A stretch of DNA of 64,000 nucleotides from Squalus acanthias. Taxonomy: Eukaryota. The notes beneath the pieces were generated by a model. The model did not search any database and had not been told where the DNA came from. It saw only the letters and a program-made list of their open reading frames with translations. Each line of letters begins with the position of its first letter. The stretch's first letter is position 1. The stretch covers positions 175,152,001 to 175,216,000 of the forward strand of contig CM059425.1 of assembly GCA_030390025.1 (NCBI GenBank), written 5' to 3'. This document shows, one piece after another, positions 36,246 through 47,199 of the stretch. A program made the position numbers and the translations under genes.

Positions 36246-38151
36246 TACCGTGCGGAGGCTGAAAGCCAACTCTCTGACACCTCCCCCTGGACCATGACCC
36301 CACTACCAAACATCAAGCCATTGTTTCCAAGACTGTCACTGACCTCGCCTCCCCTGGAGATCTTCCCTCCATGGCTGTCAACCTCATAGTCCCCCAACCC
36401 CACACAGCCCGCTCCTACCTCCTTCCCAAAATCCACAAACGGGGCTGCCCTGGCAGACCCATTGTTTCAGTCTGTTCTTGCCCCACGGAACTGATTTCTT
36501 AAATCCCGATTCTTTTTTCTCCCCTTGTCTAGTCTCTTCCCACCTACATTCGCGACTTTTCTGATGCCCTCCGCCACTTTAACGGTTTCCAGTTTCCTGG
36601 CCCCAACTGTCTCCTTTTCACTATGGGCGTCCAATCCCTCAACACCTCCATCCCCCACCAGGACGGCCTGAGGGCGCTCCGCTTCTTCCTGGAACAGAGG
36701 CCCAACCAGTCCCCATCCACCACCACCCTCCTCCGCCTGGCTGAACTTGTTCTCACATTGAACAACTTCTCCTTTGACTCCACTCACTTCCACTAAATTA
36801 AAGGTGTTGCTATGGGAACCCGCATGGGCCCGAGCTATACCTGCCTTTTTGTGGGATATGTGGAACATTCTTTGTTCTGGTCCTACTCAGGTCCCCTCCC
36901 TCACCTCTTTTTCCGGTACATTGATGACTGTATCGGTGCTGTTTCCTGCTCGCGCCCTGAACTAGAAAATTTCATTCACTTTGCTTCCAATTTCCACCCT
37001 TCCCTCACCTTCACATGGTCCATCTCTGACTCTTCCCTTCCCTTCCTCGACTTCTCTGTCTCCATTTCTGGGGATAGGTTATCGACAAACATCCACCATA
37101 AGCCCATTGACTCTCACAGCTACCTGGACTACACTTCCTCCCACCCCGCTTCCTGTAAGGACTCTATTCCATTCTCCCAGTTTCTCCGTCTCCGCCGCAT
37201 CTGTTCTGACGATGCCACCTTCCATACTAGTGCTTCCGATATGTCTTCCTTTTTCCTCAACCAAGGATTCCCCTTTACCGTGGTTGGCATAGCCCTCGAC
37301 CGTGTCCATTCCATTTCCTGCACTTCTGCTCTCACCCCTTCCCCTTCCTCCCAGAACCATGATAGGGTTCCCCTTGTCCTCACTTTTAACCCCACCAAGC
37401 TCCACATTCAACGGATTATCCTCTGCCATTTCCGCCACCTCCAGCGTGATCCCACCACCAAACACATCTTCCCCTCCCCTCCCCTTTCAGCATTCCGAAG
37501 GGACCGCTCCCTCCACGACATCCTGGTCCACTCCTCAATCACCCCCAACAGCTCCTCCATTCCCCACGGCACCTTCCCGTGCAAGCGCAGGAGATACAAC
37601 AGCTGCCCTTTTACCTCCTCTCTTCCCACTGTCCAGGGCCCCAAAAATTCCTTCCAGATGAAATAGTGATTTACTTGTACTTCTTGCAATTTAGTATACT
37701 GTATTCGCTGCTCACGATGCGGTGGTCTCTACATTGGGGTGACCAAATGCAGATTGGGTGACCGCTTTGCGGAACACCTCCGTTCAGTCCGTAAGGGTGA
37801 CCCCGAACTTCCGGTCACCTGTCACTTTAATTCCCCGCTCCACTGCCACTCTGATCTCTCTGTCCTCTGCCTCTTACACTGTTCCAAAGAAGTACAACGT
37901 AAGCTTGAGGAACAGCACCTCATCTTTCGATTAGGCACTTTACAGCCTCTGGACTCAACATCGAGTTCATCAATTTCAGATCATAACCTCCGCCCCTATT
38001 TTTTTTTCAGGCGGTTGCTGTTGATGATTCTGCCATCCCCATTTGCAACATTTAACCACTCCTGCCTTCCACCCTATCACAGACTGTCCCTTTTGTTCTT
38101 TCCTCCCCACCCCTGCACCTGGTTAAAATCTGTTAATCTCTAACTTTTTTC

Positions 38152-38188
38152 AGTTCTGACGAAGGGTCACAGACCTGAAATGTTAATT
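38152..38188 (+). ncRNA. Minimal type I hammerhead ribozyme motif (slightly decayed) in the Penelope terminal repeat
   Basis: AGTT-CTGACGA-A-GGGTC-ACA-GACCT-GAAA-TG-TT-AATT: helix I, core, helix II, GAAA, minimal helix III, UH site. Confidence 0.65.
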
Positions 38189-40793
38189 CTGTTTCTCTCT
38201 CCACGGATGCTGCCTGGCCTGCTGAGTGTTTCCAGCATTTTCTGTTTTTGTTTCGGATTCCAGCGTCCGCAGTATTTTGCTATTGTTGAATGTGGAAGGC
38301 CTTTTTGAAATTCAGTAACTAACATAAATGACACATTCAAAAATAGACCTATTTGTCAAATTATGCATTATTTCTGTGTAACTTGAGATGAAATACACAT
38401 GCATAATTATCAAGTCAGTTTCCTACAATTTGTCCCAAGCAGCTTAGCTATGGTTTCTGGCCACTTAGGGTTACATGTTATTGTGTTGAACAAATCTGGT
38501 TTCCAACACATTGCATAATGCTTATTGAATCTTGATATTGCTGTTAGGTGTGTTGGGGCCCTCCAGAAAAAGATGATGGCTATATATGAGGACCAACAAA
38601 ACACTGATTAGTGTCAGCTTCCAAGCATTCTGTAGACCCTTGTACAGATCAGCCCGAATATGCTTCTGATGTGTACTAACCCAATTCAACGCTGATTCTC
38701 CACTTTTGCATTTGCATCAACAATTCACTGAAATGGACACCCTGCCATGTGCATAAATTTATTTGAATCACAAACTTGCAATCGTTGTGAATAAAACTGC
38801 ATAGCTGTAACTGTATTGTGATGGAACTGCAGTATTCCCAAGTGCCAAACGTGCCCTCGAGGAGAAACCAACACACAATATCAAAGGATTATAAGCTCCA
38901 TTCATCAGTCTACTTCTGTCTTCATTCTTCAAGATGACAATGTCACTTTGTAACATCCAACTTGCTTCCCTCACTAGACATAATAGCGGCAATTTCTGGT
39001 ACAGTGGGAGCTTCATATTGTTGACAATTAATTCTCTTTCTCCCCACCTCCCCCCCCCCATTAGAACAAATCACTATGCACACTTTACTGTTTGGGTGTT
39101 TAATAAACTCTACAGCTGTCTTGTAGAAATGGACATGGGGATTGTACTTGTGTATCATAGCCTTCACATCTTCCATGTTCTTCAAAACAATTCCACAAAC
39201 AAATTAAATTTCTCTTATGTCTAACTGTTCACAAATGCCTGCCCTCTGAATGCTGGCGATGACTCTTGATCTTGTCCATTCTTCATGAACAATGCTACAA
39301 AATTCACCTTTAGGCTGTTTAGGAAGCTCATATATCACAACATCCACCGACTGCTTCTTTTGATGACACATTATGCTTGGTTTGGACAAGTCAACAGCAG
39401 TAGAAGGTCCATCCGCAATCCCCTCACTAACATCTCCAGCAGATGAAAGAGCATTAGAAGTAGAATAACTCCAAGCATGATGACTACATTGCTTTAGATG
39501 CCTAGCACTCCTCCTCAAACACACGTCATCTAGCAAGAGATGCAATTGATATCCTCGATGAAAGACCACTAAAAGGATGACCAAGCATGTGTAAATGGTG
39601 TACTGAATGCTGTTTTGAAACTGAACTGGATAATCTTGCAGCAATTCGACAAACCTGACGACAGCGAGAACACTAATTTGACTTTCCCCAAGTTGAATCT
39701 TTTGTCTCACATTATGGCATGTACTTGGAATACATGATTCAACAACAGTTGATGACCCCTCATCTTCAGTACAATGGACAGACTGTTGCTCCCTCTTAAC
39801 CTGCAGTCGACGACAACAAACTGAACTGAAAGTAAGCTGAGCAGTTGGAATTCCTTCCAATTGCACGTGCTTCTTATCACTACCAACATGACCATGAAGA
39901 CATTGCTGATACCTCTACATCCGTAATCTACTCATCAATTTCCTTTTGTTGAAGCCGTGTTAAATGGACCACAGCAGTAGTGCTCTCTTGTACATGGAAG
40001 GCACATTGAGCAGCATATTCAGCAACAAATACTTCTTACGAGCACACATGACCATGTCTACCACCTCAAACGACAAGCATATCCTGCTTATCTCGTTCAC
40101 AATCGAACATCCACTCAATGTCTTCTAAAACCACTCATGGCCTTGTGCAGTAGACATCTCTTCTAATTGACTCTTGCTTAGAATCATAGAATAGTACAGC
40201 ACAGAAGGAGCCCTTTCGGCCCAATGAGTGCGCCAGCTCTTTCGAAGAGCAATCCTGTCCCACTCCCCCTCTCTCTTTCCCATATCTCTGCAATTTTTTC
40301 TCTTCAAGTATTTATCCAATTCCCTTTTGAAAGCTACGGATTGAATCTGATTCCACCGCCCTATCGGACAGTGCATTCCAAATCCGAACCACTCGTGTAA
40401 AATTTTTTTTTCCTCATGTCGCCTCTGGATGTTTTGCCAATCACCTTAAATCTGTGTCTTCTGGTTACAGACCCTTCAGCCATTGGAAACAGGTTTCTCT
40501 TTATTTACTGTATGTAAACCCTTCATAACTTTCAATACCTCAATCAGATCTTCTCTTAACCTTCTGTTCTCGAAGGAGAACAACCCCAGCTTCACCAGTC
40601 TGCCCACGTAACTGTAATCCCTCATCCCGGAACCATTCCAGTAAATCTATTCTGTACCCTCTCCAAAGCCTTCACGTCCTTCCTAATGTGTGGTGCCCAG
40701 AATTGGACACAATACTCCAGCTGGTGCCGAACTAGTATTTTATAAAGGTTTAGCATAATTTCCTGGCTTTTGTACTCCTATGTCTGTATTTAT

Positions 40794-41019
40794 AAAAGTG
40801 AGAAGTCGCACAATACCAGGTTATAGTCCAACAGCTTTATTTGAAATCACAAGCTTTCGGAGCGGCTGCTCCTTCGTCAGGTGAAGGTCAGACTTCACCT
40901 GACGAAGGAGCAGCGCTCCGAAAGCTTGTGATTTCAAATAAAGCTGTTGGACTATAACCTGGTGTTGTGCGACTTCTCACTTTTGTCCACCCCAGTCCAA
41001 CACCGGCATCTCCGCATCA
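40794..41019. mobile_element. Palindromic Penelope-derived element with a hammerhead motif on each strand
   Basis: ~92-bp arms 40794-40886 / 40893-40984, loop GTCAGA; TSD-like TGTATTTATAAA / TGTATTTTATAAA. Confidence 0.85.
40895..40931 (+). ncRNA. Minimal type I hammerhead ribozyme motif (mirror copy on minus at 40847-40884)
   Basis: TCAC-CTGACGA-A-GGAGC-AGC-GCTCC-GAAA-GC-TT-GTGA; palindromic AAGCTT helix III; predicted cut after 40927. Confidence 0.75.
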
Positions 41020-41402
41020 TGTATTTTATAAAGCCCAGGATCCCATATGCTTTCTTAACTGCTTTGTTAACCTGTCTTGCCACCTTCAAAGATTTGTGCA
41101 CAAACACCCCCAGGTTGCTCTGTTCGTGCACCCCCTTTAAAATTGTACCATTTAGCATGTATTGTCTCTCCTCATTCTTCCTACCAAAATGTAACACCTC
41201 ACACTTTTTTCTTCATTAAATTTCATCTGCTTTGTGTCCACCAATTCCACCAGCCTGTCCATGTGCTCTTGAAGTGTTTTACTATCTTCCTCACTGTTTA
41301 CTATACTTTCAAGTTACGTGCCATCTGCAAATTTTGAAATTGCGCCCTGTACCCCCAAGTCGAAGTCATTTTATGTATATCAAAAATAGTAGTGGTCCTA
41401 GT

Positions 41403-41529
41403 CAATGTTCCTGTTAATTTTTTTTGGGTGTGCAGCCCCTTTAAGGTTTTTTGAATTGAAAAGCTGGCGAGCCAGCTGTGCGGGAGGTCCAGAGAGCTGC
41501 GCAGGCTGCACAACTTAAAGGGAACATTG
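41403..41529. mobile_element. hAT-type MITE, 127 bp
   Basis: TIRs CAATGTTCC / GGAACATTG; 8-bp TSD GTCCTAGT / GTCCTGGT. Confidence 0.85.
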
Positions 41530-42392
41530 GTCCTGGTACTGAACCCTGGGGAACACCACTGTTTACCTCCCTCCAGTCTGAAAAACTGCAATTCACCACA
41601 ACTCTGTTTTCTATCCCTTAGCCAATTTTGTATCCAATTTGCTACTGTCCCTTTTACCCCATGGGCTTCAATTCTGTTAACAGGCCTATTATGTGGTACT
41701 TTATCGAACGCCTTTTGAAAGTCCATATACACAACATCAACTGCACTGCCTTCATCCACCTTTTCTGTTACCTCATCAAAAAACTCAATCCAGTTAGTCA
41801 AACACGATTTGTCCTTAACAAATCCGTGCTGGCTCTCCTTTATTAGTCTATGCTTGTCCAAGTGGCTGTTAATTTTCTTCCGGATTATTGTTTCTAAAAG
41901 CTTCCCCAACGTTAAACTGACTGGCCTGTAATTGCCAGGTTTATCCTTACACCCTTGTTCAAAAAGAGGGGAGAACATTTGCAATCTTCCAGTCCTCTGG
42001 CACCACTCCTGTATCTAAGCAGGATTGGAAGATTGTGGCCAGCACCTCTGCAATTTGCAACCGAAGATGCATCCCATCCGGACTGGGTGACTTATCAACT
42101 TTAAATACTGCCAGCCTTTCTAGTACCATCTTCTTTATCTATTTTTATCTCATCCAGTATCCTGACAAGCTCCTTGTTTACCATAGCTTTGCCAATGTCC
42201 TCTTCCTTGGTAAACATCGATGCAAAGTACTCATTTAGTACCTCAGCCATGTCTTCTGCCTTCACCACTAGATCTCCTTGTTGGTCCCTAATCGGCGCCA
42301 CCGCTCTTCTGACAACCTTTTTCCAGTTAATATGCCTATAGAAGACCTTTGGATTCCCTTTATGTTAGCTGCTAATCTATTCTCGGACTGTC

Positions 42393-42885
42393 ACCTTGGA
42401 GAGGGTGCAGAGTGATTTACTAGAATGGTACCAGGGATGAGGGACTTCAGTTATCTGGAGAGATTTAAAGAAGCTGGGATTGTTCTCCTTAGAGCAGAGA
42501 AGGTTAAGAGGAGATTTAATAGAGGTGCTCAAAATTTTGAGGGGTTTTGATAGAGTAAATAAGGAGAAACTGTTTCCACTGGCAGGAGGGTCGGTAACCA
42601 GAGGACACTGATTTAAGGTGAATGGCAAAAGAACCAGAGGTGAGATGAGAATTATTTTTATGCAACAAGTTACAAATGATCTGGAATGCACTGCCTGAAA
42701 GGGTGCCTGAAAGTAGATTCAATAATAACTTTCAAAAAGGAATTGGATAAATATTTGAAAAGGAGAATGTTGCAGGGTTATGGCAAAAGAGCAGGGGAGT
42801 GGGACTAATTGGATAGCTCTATCAAAGAGTTGGCACAGGCAAGATGGGCCAAATGGCCTCCTTCTGTGCTGTATGATTCTATCTG
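42393..42885 (+). mobile_element. CR1 LINE 3' fragment
   Basis: GAGAGGGTGCAG...AGAAGGTTAAGAGGAGATTTAATAGAGGTG...CTGTATGATTCTAT tail. Confidence 0.88.
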
Positions 42886-43180
42886 ATAGCTTTTATCAAG
42901 CCCAAAGCCAGGTTGAGTGCAGCTTCGGGTATGGCGGGGGTTCCAGGCCTTGGATGCTGGGCAGGGTGATTTGGGGAACTTTTTAAGAATTGCATTAAGG
43001 CAAATTATTCCACTTTAATTTTCTTACTTATGTGGTTATTTGAGAGTAAACTAATTTTTTTTGGCAGACTCTACAGCCCATGTTGGCACCTCACTCAATG
43101 TTGTGTGTTTGTTATTGCCTTGTTCACTTTGAGGCACTACATGGAATCTGAGTTTGCCTTTAGGCGAGACATTTCATGGC

Positions 43181-43213
<33 letters not shown>
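43181..43213. repeat. (AAT)11 microsatellite
   Basis: Perfect AAT run. Confidence 0.95.
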
Positions 43214-43215
<2 letters not shown>

Positions 43216-43771
43216 CGTTTGAGTTTCGGCTTGTGGTTTATCTGCAGTTTGACTTTCCAGCTGAGTTCTTTGTGTCTGCTCGCCGAAATGATTTTGGGCA
43301 TCTCGCTTTGCTCGTTCAAGTTGTAATATATTTATATATGTAAATTGATCTGCTTTTGGCTAGTCATTACCCAGTGCGATAATAACTAATAATAAGGCAT
43401 CTGTTTGCTGTGCTAGGGCTAGATGGTGCCCAGACTGACTTTGCATGTTTGATGCTTCCTTCTCCCTTTTTTTTTGGGGGTGGGGGAAGGGTGGGGTTTC
43501 TTTGCATTGTCCCCTTTGCTGTTCAGCCTGCTCTGAGACCCTTACCCGTGGGGAGAGCTCCCGAATGCCAGGGAACAGGACTGTATTGCCAGCCCCATCG
43601 CCTCATAAATCAGTCAGGCTCTTAAAATTCATAAGATTTGGTAAGAAATTATGAGTTGCTATTTTTTCCCAACCCAACCCCTTGCTGACCTTTGCTTCCA
43701 TGCAGGAAGCACACTCTACGACCTTTGCTCCTGGACAGGAAGTACATTCGGCTGTCACTAACCGATTACTG

Positions 43772-43905
43772 ACATAAGAGCATAAGAAATAGGAGCAAGA
43801 GTAGGCCACGAGGCCCCTCAAGCCTTCAATAAGATCATGGCTGATCTTCAACCTCAACTCTACTTTCCTGCCTGATCCTCATATCCCTTGATTCCCTTAG
43901 AGTCT
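43772..43905 (-). mobile_element. CR1 3' tail fragment
   Basis: CATAAGAGCATAAGAAATAGGAGCAAGAGTAGGCC...GATCATGGCTGATC. Confidence 0.8.
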
Positions 43906-45009
43906 CAACCACCAGTTTAATGAGGAAAAAATCTTCAATTGTAAATGATTTGTCAAGTTAATTCACATCTATGACAAATAGATTCATCGAGAGTTTAACA
44001 GGAGAGCAGATCTTATGTTTTATGAACTGTAACTTTTCTGCATGCATCCCAGTGGATGGCTTATTTTACATAATTGTATCTTACAGCAGTGTATCTGCAT
44101 GTTTTTGCACTGATCTATAAACATTTAAAAAAAGAGTCAGAGCAGACTTTATTACAAATTGTTAGTAAATGACGAGGGGAAAGGATCGCATTTAATATTG
44201 AAAACTAAAAAAAACCAAGCCTGCTAAATTATTTGTAGCACCGCTTTGGTACATTGAATTACAAGGGGATCCAATAAAGCCCTGCTGTTTGCTATTAGCT
44301 ACATCCCAAATGAACAAGTATTTAAAAAAAAATGTAAACATTAATCTTTACTTGCAGATGCTGTGTGCTGTGGGCTCGAGCCCGGGAATATGATCGTTAT
44401 GTATATAACATTCTGAGAACAATACCTTTCCCAGGTCTCCGTTCCAATTTTCTGCAACAAGTAATTTTCCCACGCGCTCTTCCAAGATAACTTTTTTTTC
44501 TTGCTCATTATTCCCAACAAGAATTAGTTGCTTCAAATGGGCCGCTTCCAGTGAAAGAACGTGCGGTTATTCAACAGGGCCACCAGCAGGAGAGCAAGTC
44601 GTCGTTCAGCAGGCTAAACAAATTCTTAATTTTTAATATGGGAGTAAAGGAAATCAAGATGGTTGACATGAGAGAGTTCCTCTTAAGATTCAAAAAGTGT
44701 TTCAAATCCCTGTATTTTCCGCGCATGCACAAATCTCGTAATTTTCCGCGTATGCATAAATAAAGTTTTTAAACCCCGGGTGCATAGAATACACAGGAGG
44801 CTAAGAGGTGAACCGGCAATTACTTTCAATGTCTCATTGAGCAGGTCAGGGCTCATTTTTAGGTAAAGTGACTATTGAATCCACTAAAAGGTCAGAACCA
44901 GTTGCACTTAATATCGATCCTAGCCCTTTAAATATTCTTGGTTGTTAATGGTTGCTGTTAATATCTCGTCCACATCCTTCATTTCACTGAGTTCCTGATT
45001 CCCTTTCCT

Positions 45010-45290
45010 GGGCTGGCGCTCCGCAAGGAAGCCATCCAGCACCTGTCCCCCTCTCTCCTGCTATTGGCTCATCCGCAGGACACGCCCCCATAGCTATTGG
45101 TGAGAGTCGACGCCAGTCACACAAGATTGGCCGGTGATTAGAGCAGGCTGTCGGTCAGGGCGGGTGAGGCCCCGCCCCCCTCTCCCTGATTGGATATTTT
45201 TCTTGGCCACTTCGACTTTGCTGTGTTATTAAAGCTCCCGCTGTTGTGAGCCTGAGCGGAGTGAGCGGACGGTTTCTTTTACTGCGCGGC
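45010..45290. promoter_or_regulatory. CpG-rich promoter-like island inside MCC intron 1
   Basis: ATTGG at 45063, 45096, 45126, 45189; GC boxes GGGCGGG and CCCCGCCCC at ~45158-45180; TATTAAA at ~45227. Confidence 0.55.
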
Positions 45291-45292
45291 AG

Positions 45293-45505
45293 TCATTTAT
45301 TCCTCAACCAGCACCACTGAAAAAGGTTTAATTGGTAATTTATTCATTGCTGTTTGTGGGACCTTGCTGTACAGAAATTGGCTGCCGCGTTTCTCTACAT
45401 TACAACAGTGACTACACTTCAAAAATAATTCATTGGCTAGTAAGCACTTTGGGATGTCCTGAGATTATGAAAGATACTATATAAATGCAAGCTTTTTCTT
45501 CTCTC
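45293..45505 (+). mobile_element. SINE 3' half (SacSINE1/DeuSINE-like) with L2-type tail
   Basis: CATTGCTGTTTGTGGGACCTTGCTGT...GTGACTACACTTCAAAA...CTATATAAATGCAAG; family name recalled, not searched. Confidence 0.65.
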
Positions 45506-45599
45506 TTCATTTAACTTAATCACATCTAATTTTAAATATGAAATATTCAAGTATCAAAATAAAAGAAAATTATATTAAATCACTTCACAAAGCAGTAAG

Positions 45600-46160
45600 C
45601 TCAAACTAAGCTTCGCCCTGTGAAGGAAAAATGGTGTGAGATGAAGACCGAGGTTCTGTAATCAACCACTGACCAAAAGGACGTGAAGCATTTCTTTGAA
45701 GAGCTAAAGGTTGTGTATGGACCAAACATAAGTGACATTGTCCCTGTCTTGAGTAAGATAGCACAAAGTTGCTAACTGACAAAGTAGAGATTTTGGGACT
45801 CTAGGCCAGCCAATTCAACCAAGTCCTCAACTATCCCTCTGCAGTGTCTGCTGATGCATTAAACAACATACCACAACTACCTGTGCAAGACCAGCTTGCC
45901 ATCCCATCTGACATGGCTGAAATCCAATTTGGAATCTCACACATGTCTGGTGGAAAAGCAGCCGGTTTGGACGGTATTTCCTGCAGAGGTTTATAAGCAT
46001 GAAGGACAGAAGCTTAAGGAGAGACTCCTCGTCTTCTACAATAAAATCTGGGTACACTAAACTACTGCAAGATTTCAAAGATGCCAACGTTGCGCATCTC
46101 TACAAGCGCAAAGGAGATGGCTCTTGTGATACCGTGGAATTTTACTTCTATCAGTGGCAG
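45600..46160 (+). mobile_element. RTE-clade LINE fragment
   Basis: Decayed FFEELKVVYGP, LLTDKVEIL, FNQVLNYPS, GKAAGLDGI.AEVYK, QDFKDANVAHLYKRKGD. Confidence 0.75.
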
Positions 46161-47199
46161 GCTTAGGCTTTTCTCTCATCAGTGTACCCACAACAGCTGA
46201 CTGCTCGTCTGTCGATTCGATGGGAAACTGTACAATTCAAGCCATTATTGTATACTTGGACCATCCAGATTGCTACGTCATTGAGATATTTGTGTCTCTG
46301 TCTGTCTGATGTTTTGATTAATGATTTTTCTTGAGGACGTGAAAGGTACTCTGTAAATGCAAGTTCTTTCTAATCTAGGAGGTAAGACTGGGATTCCTGA
46401 TATCTGTTCCCAGTTTTAGCAGCTCACACCATAGGAAAAACAAGCTGGTCAAACATGAAGGTTTGAGCTGAGGTATGGACCAAAATTTCACTTTGTTTAT
46501 GTGTTCTTTAAAATCTCAAGTATTCTTCTTATTGAAGGTATTAGATTAAATTATCTACATTTTGAAGATTCATGTCTTGCTCTCTTTTTGAATATGGGAT
46601 AGCCTCTGTTATCCTTCAATCCTTGAGTACAGTTCCAGTATTTATAGAGCTCCTTTTTCATTCCTCATTTCTGTGAGGATTCCAGGCTGTGTCCCATCCC
46701 AGGTGGCTGGTGGACAATCATTTTTGTTAATTTATGCTTTACTGATGTTGAACTTTGTTATTGATTCCTGAGCTGAGTGACTGCATCTGTAATTTGATGA
46801 CCAGTGTATAAAGACTAATTACATGAAGAATCTATTTAACACATCTCCCATTCTGATCCTCTACAATCTGTCTTAACAACTTATCCCTTAATGATTCATC
46901 TGGTCTTTTGCATACAGTCTTTGAACACCTATGTCTATGATATAATCTTGCATCTGCATGCACTTCCTGTCTGTGCCACTTTTAGTTGTCATGTTTTTGT
47001 CAGACTTATTGTCAAATTTTTTCATTATAAATTTCTGGGTCCACGTTTATAGTGGAAATACATATATAAACTTATCACTGTGCATCAGGCCAATGGGGTT
47101 CCCACAATTCCCTCAGTATGCTTTGTTTTTTTTTCATCTGCCATTTTTCCTTAATAACTTTCTAGTGTCCAAAATAATAACATTGGTGATGAGATCGAC

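Larger units (their letters stand above)
35861..38286 (+). mobile_element. Penelope-like element (RT + GIY-YIG endonuclease, probably Neptune-type), 5'-truncated
   Basis: IVIKTADEGGAVVVW, GVAMGTRMGPSY, FRYIDD, LPFLD, Cys linker GTFPCKRRR..SC, VYCIRCSRCGGLYIG.T..RL.DRFAEH; terminal repeat at 38150-38286. Confidence 0.92.
33900..40165 (-). mobile_element. Decayed Helitron RepHel gene, interrupted by Penelope-family insertions
   Basis: Minus-strand motifs in order: YNPHV, YEAPTVPEIAAI, KPDLFNTITCNPKWPE, EFQK-GLPHS|HVLLI (HUH), SVEIPD, MVHGPYG..NP..C, DSPGGTGKTFL, SSGIAA, WDEA, PVEFLNTL.PSGIP, FIP.I, RQF..INKS; termini not located. Confidence 0.85.
40178..42385 (-). mobile_element. CR1 LINE, 5'-truncated, with two nested insertions
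   Basis: ORFs 42101-42301, 41301-41984 (QHGF, DFQKAFDKVPH), 40952-41197; TAGAATCATAGAAT tail. Confidence 0.9.

Noticed and set aside
39204..39866. 220-aa minus-strand ORF as a host gene
   Set aside because: It lies in the N-terminal part of the decayed Helitron and has no recognisable domain or splice signals.
43137..43319. ORF with poly-Tyr tract
   Set aside because: The tract is the (AAT)11 microsatellite; non-ATG start and no clear acceptor.
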